A stretch of DNA of 26,992 nucleotides from a virus. Positions within the stretch are counted from its first letter, which is position 1, and each line of letters starts with the position of its first letter. Below, piece by piece: positions 23,301 to 26,992 of this stretch. The translations under genes and the position numbers were made by a program. The stretch lies in IMG/VR virus record IMGVR_UViG_3300014822_000040, positions 1 to 26,992 of that record; one strand, written 5' to 3'. The notes under the pieces were generated by a model. The model saw only the letters and a program-made list of their open reading frames with translations. It was not told the DNA's origin and searched no databases.

Positions 23301-24820
23301 AGGCCCTCATCGACGCGGTGAAGTCCAGCAACTCACTGGCGGTGAACCTGGAGGCGCTGAAGCTGAGAAGTAAGACCGGGGCGGACTTCGTCTGGGGCCA
23401 GATCGGCAACATGTTCCGCTGGATCAACAGGACCGCAGTAGGGGGGCTGCTCGGAGGGTTCCCCCTGCCCAACGGCAGGTTCCTCGGAGCGAACATTCTC
23501 ACAGCTCCTCTGATCATGGCGGTGACCGTCCCGGGCTTCGTCCTCCGGTCGCTGCCCTCCTCTGTACGGAACCTCGCGGAAATGATCCCGAAGGCCCTCC
23601 CTCGGTCGGGGGAGCTGTTCACAGACCCGGCGGGTAAGGTCTGGACAGCGGAGATGCTGGAGGATGCGGTCAAGCGGAACAACATCCAATCTTCCCAGGC
23701 GAAGTTCGAGTTCCGCGACCGGGTGATCGAGGATATCCGAAGGACCGCGAGGATGACGGCGGACGGGTTTGAATCGGGTACGGTTAGGCAGGCGCTACGC
23801 TGGCTCCGGCCGGACAACATGAACATCTGGAACATGGTCGCAGAGGCCAGCGACAATGCCTTCCGCAAGGCCGTGTTCATGGAGGCGCTTAGAGTCGGGC
23901 TGACTGAGCCTGAAGCGGCTGATCTGGCAAGAAAGTCCCTTCTCGACTATGGGGCGATCCCCAGCACGGAGAAGGACACGGTTGCCCGGTACATGATGTT
24001 CTACGCCTTCCAGAGGCAGATGTTCATGGACACGCTGGGGGCTATGGTTCGCCCGGACGCCCTGGACAACCTACGCAAGATAGCGGTCCTCACCAAAGAG
24101 CAGCAGGAGTTCGAGGGGACGTGGTCCCTTGTGCCAGAGTACGCCCAGACCCGGATGTGGGCTGAACTGAAGGAGACCTACGACGGAGTCATGACGGGCC
24201 ACTTCGGTCCATCTGCTCCGCCCTTGGACTCTCTTAAGACCTTGGTTGACGCCCTCTATGCAGTCTATGACCCCTCCTCGTTCTCCCTGTCAGAGACAGC
24301 GGAGAGGATGAACGAGGCCCTGTTCGCGCTACCCTTGTTCACCCTCGTCCGTGAGCTTGGTCAGAGCCGAGGGGAGCTGGAAAGCCAGGGGCTATTCCCG
24401 GAGAGAGACGCCATGGCCCTCCAGGGGATCGGCCTGTGGCCTGAAGCAGTTCGCTTCTTCGACCTTGAGCCCGTCCCCCTCTCCCAGCGCAGGGCGGGGC
24501 GAGCTGCCTTCGTGGTCCCTGGAGTCGAGGGTCTGCAGCAGTGGAGGTTTGGTTCGGAGGAAGGCAGGAACCGCTACCTCATGACCCTGACGGCCTCCCT
24601 GGTGATGGGTCTTCAGAGGAATCTGAGGGACTACGGGCAGGTTGTCGCAAGGATGACGGGCACGGATGTGGACAAGATCGGCTACAAGCGGCTGGACGAC
24701 GGGAGCATCGTAGCCTTCTTGATCGGAGCGGACACGGTCATTCCCGTCCCATCGAAACTACAGCAGCAGGAGCGGCTGACCCAGGAGATCATCAGGGAGC
24801 TGAACCAGCTCAAGAGGTAG
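20324..24820 (+). CDS. Giant internal virion / DNA-ejection protein candidate (gp16-like by size and position; 1498 aa)
   Basis: It is the largest ORF and starts 2 nt after the previous gene. I saw no lytic transglycosylase, peptidase or polymerase signature. Confidence 0.5.
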   Translation: MPNPDGTLTWEERKALLQGLDLTEPTEEEKQTAGGGPALYDPADEVEPAADATKTALYEGKQSAGVPYRDAQLQAAQEVQEIISAPRPVQSFDINRMEGASRRGAVEEKESGVGAILEALKPQVISEAPEKAETPDRVTDLRTSVMAAAQKAVPIGTPDRPSAVKAELLSQIEKARQEQISRLMTPGEDQVPLIEKIYAENVGALPADPLERRKELNNMMEAIVGGTLRAAFPTIDIAQAQLSEDTPISVRAVQAALSSEGEAGETVETPIAAAMRDLGGIARIAVDPVWKGLTYEVDEQGNPVDPEDINYKLAQAQDRFLRGKSKGAADYLAGAVGARFPAFTLAKQSSRPSQGVLAKDIALSIARGQSLGDDLMELPAMTMLAEQAGYPEAPFWIGMAGEMLLPAVPGLGTATKTASRAANKLKLSKVMEDLSEEAVTRAVASGGRVDPSTPLGRIVGETSKQLRLLQSKELYHNVDNVKSWLRTASGQELIGPLIKKAASLAEVEGLTSLAKTLREARTEDELTDALIAMSKEPFYIDAVDATLLQSAIKRAREEAANAAPQDLIFITPTTVVRESAWDEVGDEVMSAASDILKVSDTGQGKSFKLENPAQVKEVLDLTLGPAKIAQSPFWTEVSRALEEGRPLNIKQYRSVHEEVLGALTRQATRDSAKLRYTAEAYRAASVPVARRSPVGRTLKVSADLLSDTALGKGVSKVLKKLGKKRVTGFEPDPRAPLPVRRWAEDMRNRLLRLDDELKAEIAGAKNRPEKFKEMLLEEQRLQTEADIASGRFAPERALEEVVSIFFSGVKVSDREMQRALPMLPLSPEVVGTSPSAWAVTPTNVAHVIETLRGANKSLRGKGLGGQLSGDDLFAAMTTWLLQSRAKREISKAARELESMYPELTARMTPKELAAFRHALDHVATSGYYFASGSVLLGYSDFRATQKALGFAESLGLTDWPRIPGEFYPTKFSAHPELIHIADNIRVTADPELQALIDAVKSSNSLAVNLEALKLRSKTGADFVWGQIGNMFRWINRTAVGGLLGGFPLPNGRFLGANILTAPLIMAVTVPGFVLRSLPSSVRNLAEMIPKALPRSGELFTDPAGKVWTAEMLEDAVKRNNIQSSQAKFEFRDRVIEDIRRTARMTADGFESGTVRQALRWLRPDNMNIWNMVAEASDNAFRKAVFMEALRVGLTEPEAADLARKSLLDYGAIPSTEKDTVARYMMFYAFQRQMFMDTLGAMVRPDALDNLRKIAVLTKEQQEFEGTWSLVPEYAQTRMWAELKETYDGVMTGHFGPSAPPLDSLKTLVDALYAVYDPSSFSLSETAERMNEALFALPLFTLVRELGQSRGELESQGLFPERDAMALQGIGLWPEAVRFFDLEPVPLSQRRAGRAAFVVPGVEGLQQWRFGSEEGRNRYLMTLTASLVMGLQRNLRDYGQVVARMTGTDVDKIGYKRLDDGSIVAFLIGADTVIPVPSKLQQQERLTQEIIRELNQLKR

Positions 24821-24927
24821 TGGCCCAGTGGTCTTGCATCGACTACTCTATCGGCAGGCCCCGGTATGGGCTGGAGGAAACAACCCGCACCTACACGGCT
24901 TAGGGCCGGGTGCGTCAGGAGATCGAC

Positions 24928-25860
24928 ATGACAGGTAAGAGCACCGTCCGCCCCCGCGAGATCAAGCTGCAGCTCGACAGGGGACGCACGGAAGCTATCA
25001 GCGCGGTCGCTGCTTCTTCCATTGCCAAGGAGTCCCTGGTCGCCGTCGTGGGTGACGTGCGCGACAGGATCTTGGTGTCTGGAGCTGACGCTGACTCGGC
25101 GGCGACCAGGGATGTGGTCATCCTCTGCGCCCCACGGTCGATTCCTTCGGGAAGCATCGGGGAGGTCTGCTCCTGGATGTTCGTCAGGGACGTGGACACC
25201 TCGTCGGCTAACGTGGGCGACCCTGTCTTCCTGTCGTCTACGGCCGGCGGGTGGACCCTGACTCCCCCTTTGGTGCCCCGCGTGGTGGGCATGGTGACCA
25301 AGGTAGACGCCTCCACCGGCTCTGTGCTACTGGCCCCGACCTTCTTCCAGGGCATCTACGGCTCCCCCTCTCTGTCCGACCCCACCCTGACGGGTACCCT
25401 GTCCGCTCAGGACGGCTCTCTCCTCCAGTTCCTGGGAGCTGGCGCCAGCACCGGGGATGTCATTTCCCGGATTGGTGCCTCGCCGTCCGAAGGTCTGGAG
25501 CTGGTCGTCTACGAGGAGACCATCTCCCCTGCGGCCATTGAGACCAGCGTCGTCAACGTCCCGGCCTTCTCCATGGTCCTGGCGGTCCAGTCGAACGTGG
25601 AGACCGCCCTGACGGGCGGGGGCACCACGGACAGCTACGGCATCGGCACCTCCGCTGATCCTGACAAGTACGGCAGCTCCTCTACTCTGACCCAGAACTC
25701 GAAGAGCAACTACATTGGCGCCACCCCCAATGCCTCCTCGGAGCAGATCGTCCTGACCGGTACGTCGGGTGGGGCCGTTGCGGGCGACACCGCTCTGACC
25801 GTCGGTTCCGTGCGAATCCGGGTGGTCTACTACACTCTGAGCAGCCTCGACAACGCCTGA
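24928..25860 (+). CDS. Fibre / receptor-binding candidate: N-terminal DUF2190-like beta-barrel plus a Ser/Thr/Gly-rich C-terminal domain (310 aa)
   Basis: AGGAG at 24916-24920 lies 7 nt before ATG 24928, so I prefer this start to GTG 24910. The segment VGDPVFLSSTAGGWTLTPP..VVGMVTKVDASTGSV parallels AGDPLYFHTTGGMVAQGP..IIGVALTDDSGG of 11857..12285. Its position matches that of the T7 gp17 fibre gene. Confidence 0.5.
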   Translation: MTGKSTVRPREIKLQLDRGRTEAISAVAASSIAKESLVAVVGDVRDRILVSGADADSAATRDVVILCAPRSIPSGSIGEVCSWMFVRDVDTSSANVGDPVFLSSTAGGWTLTPPLVPRVVGMVTKVDASTGSVLLAPTFFQGIYGSPSLSDPTLTGTLSAQDGSLLQFLGAGASTGDVISRIGASPSEGLELVVYEETISPAAIETSVVNVPAFSMVLAVQSNVETALTGGGTTDSYGIGTSADPDKYGSSSTLTQNSKSNYIGATPNASSEQIVLTGTSGGAVAGDTALTVGSVRIRVVYYTLSSLDNA

Positions 25861-25872
25861 TAGGAGCAGACC

Positions 25873-26001
25873 ATGGACACCTTCAAGAGCGCCCTCAAGT
25901 ACATCGTCCCTCTCATCGTAGGCATCTTCACGGGCATGGGCATCGACCTCGGGGTCTCCCCTACCGGCGAGTGCCCTCCTTGCGAAGAGGTCCCGGAGTA
26001 G
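25873..26001 (+). CDS. Small membrane protein, 42 aa (MDTFKSALKYIVPLIVGIFTGMGIDLGVSPTGECPPCEEVPE)
   Basis: It is below the ORF-track cutoff. AGGAG at 25862-25866 lies 6 nt before the ATG. It has one hydrophobic helix and a CPPC motif in an acidic tail. Confidence 0.45.
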   Translation: MDTFKSALKYIVPLIVGIFTGMGIDLGVSPTGECPPCEEVPE

Positions 26002-26057
26002 GGCCTGCTGGTATCAGGGGGCGAGAACAGAATCCAATGCAACCGTGTAGAGGCAAC

Positions 26058-26276
26058 ATGAGGACGGGTGGACAGAGCAGTAGGCTGAGGGGCAAGAGGA
26101 AGCTCATGGCCTACGGTATGTGCCTCGGCTACTTTCTGGCTCTCGCAGCTCTCTCCCGTGCCGGGGTCTCTGACGGGGTTCTAACCAACCTGGGGCTCTA
26201 CGGGCTTCTTTCTCTCGGCGCCTACTCCGGAGCGAACCTTGGGGTAGCCTATGCCAACTCAAAGGGCAGAGAATGA
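26058..26276 (+). CDS. Holin-like small membrane protein with two predicted TM helices (72 aa from ATG 26058, or 56 aa from ATG 26106)
   Basis: The TM segments are MAYGMCLGYFLALAALSRAG and LGLYGLLSLGAYSGANLGVAY. AAGAGGAAG precedes ATG 26106. The track start GTG 25971 overlaps the 42-aa ORF and adds an Arg/Gly-rich extension. Confidence 0.5.
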   Translation: MRTGGQSSRLRGKRKLMAYGMCLGYFLALAALSRAGVSDGVLTNLGLYGLLSLGAYSGANLGVAYANSKGRE

Positions 26277-26322
26277 AGACGCGCGGAGGGTCAGTTCGTC
26301 ACGCAGCCTATAGGGGGGAGTG

Positions 26323-26992
26323 ATGCCTTGGCCAGAAGAGACCCAGGATACATGTAAGTGGATTCGCGCCCTGCTGATCGACCACGACAAGAGCAGAGCG
26401 GGGCTCATCGCCCGGATGCTCAGGCTCTCTTCTGTTGCCGTTGACCATGAAGAAGACCTGCCATCAGCGCTGGCGCGGGTGAGAGAGCGAGAACCGGAAG
26501 ACCGCTATCAAGTGATCCTGGTGGACCTGGGGCACCTCTCTCGAACCTGGGAGTCCTTGCTGCAGGCTATCTCTGAAGCTGACCCTGCGGCTGTCCTGGT
26601 TGGGCTGTCCGACGTGTCGGGAGTAGTGAACATGCTTGGTGCCACGTCCGGAGAGAGGTACGGCGTGATCGTCTTACCGAGCTGTCCCGAGGAGGGGGCT
26701 GCGGAGACATGGGGGAGAGTCGTCGGTGCGATGCTGGTAGGAGAGGTGTCGAGGACCGCAAGCCCTGCCAGGAGGCTGGAGGCGCTACAGCGGCAAACGC
26801 TCGCGCTTGTCCGAGCCCTCGACCCTGTACTGAGGGACGCGCTGGCTGCAAGCCGAACCCCCGCTCCTGTCCCCCTGCCGGCGTCAGGGATTGGGCGGCT
26901 GCTCGCCCGCCTTGCAGAAGCTGAGCCGAAGGTACTGGCAGGGGCTGCTGGTATATTCGGTGGGGCTCTGACAGGGGCTCTGACCGCGCTGA
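26323..26992 (+). CDS. Junction-spanning ORF, 5' part (234 aa in total, ends at base 134 of the circle): CheY-receiver-like (beta-alpha)5 domain, helical/Pro-rich linker, C-terminal glycine-zipper anchor
   Basis: I translated it by hand and found no stop from ATG 26323 (or GTG 26320) to the window end. An in-frame TAG lies at 26311-26313. The sequence is IRALLIDHDKSRAGLIARMLRL..SVAVDHEEDLPSALARVRE..YQVILVDLGHLSRTWESLLQAISEADPAAVLVGLSD..YGVIVLPS. It is absent from the ORF track because no stop falls inside the window. Confidence 0.6.
   Translation, partial: MPWPEETQDTCKWIRALLIDHDKSRAGLIARMLRLSSVAVDHEEDLPSALARVREREPEDRYQVILVDLGHLSRTWESLLQAISEADPAAVLVGLSDVSGVVNMLGATSGERYGVIVLPSCPEEGAAETWGRVVGAMLVGEVSRTASPARRLEALQRQTLALVRALDPVLRDALAASRTPAPVPLPASGIGRLLARLAEAEPKVLAGAAGIFGGALTGALTAL
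26894..26992. repeat. Terminal direct repeat, copy 2 (identical to 1-99)
   Basis: It matches bases 1-99 exactly over 99 nt. Confidence 0.95.

Noticed and set aside
20324-24820. Possibility that the 1498-aa protein is a virion RNA polymerase or carries a T7 gp16-like lytic transglycosylase
   Set aside because: I found no polymerase motif A/C aspartate signatures, no transglycosylase E-S...GLMQ...AYN pattern and no HExxH motif by eye. I kept only the positional ejection-protein call.
26567-26924. ORFs 26567..26851(-) and 26709..26924(+)
   Set aside because: Both lie inside the junction-spanning + strand ORF, whose product has a clean alpha/beta pattern. These alternatives are Arg/Pro/Ser-rich with no SD.

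Overview
The window looks like a complete, visibly GC-rich, podovirus-like phage genome. Bases 1-99 are identical to 26894-26992, so the contig closes into a circle of about 26,893 bp. Two divergent gene blocks meet at an ORF-poor 750-bp control region (3327-4078). That region has an AT-rich core flanked by repeated AGGTTGGTCC and GGATATGG motifs, a candidate origin or operator cluster. The leftward (-) block holds a 115-aa protein, a 738-aa replicase, an untracked 30-aa hydrophobic peptide with a strong SD, and a terminator. The replicase fuses a thumb-less, exonuclease-less family-A (Pol I)-like polymerase domain to a VirE/D5-type P-loop helicase domain. The rightward (+) block is one tightly coupled operon with many ATGA/TTGA overlaps. 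It runs through two small proteins, small terminase, an inserted ORF, large terminase, portal, two unknowns, scaffold, HK97-type major capsid and a DUF2190-like decoration protein. It continues with T7 gp11/gp12-like adaptor and nozzle, three tandem beta-sandwich proteins, three internal-virion/ejection-type proteins (228, 603, 1498 aa) and a fibre-like protein. It ends with small membrane proteins and a 234-aa ORF that crosses the contig junction, which the ORF track misses. That ORF has a CheY-receiver-like (beta-alpha)5 domain and a glycine-zipper C-terminal anchor. I saw no RNA polymerase, integrase, tRNA, CRISPR array or recognisable endolysin. All homology statements come from by-eye motif recognition and need profile or structure searches. 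Many long antisense ORFs in the track are GC-rich shadow ORFs.
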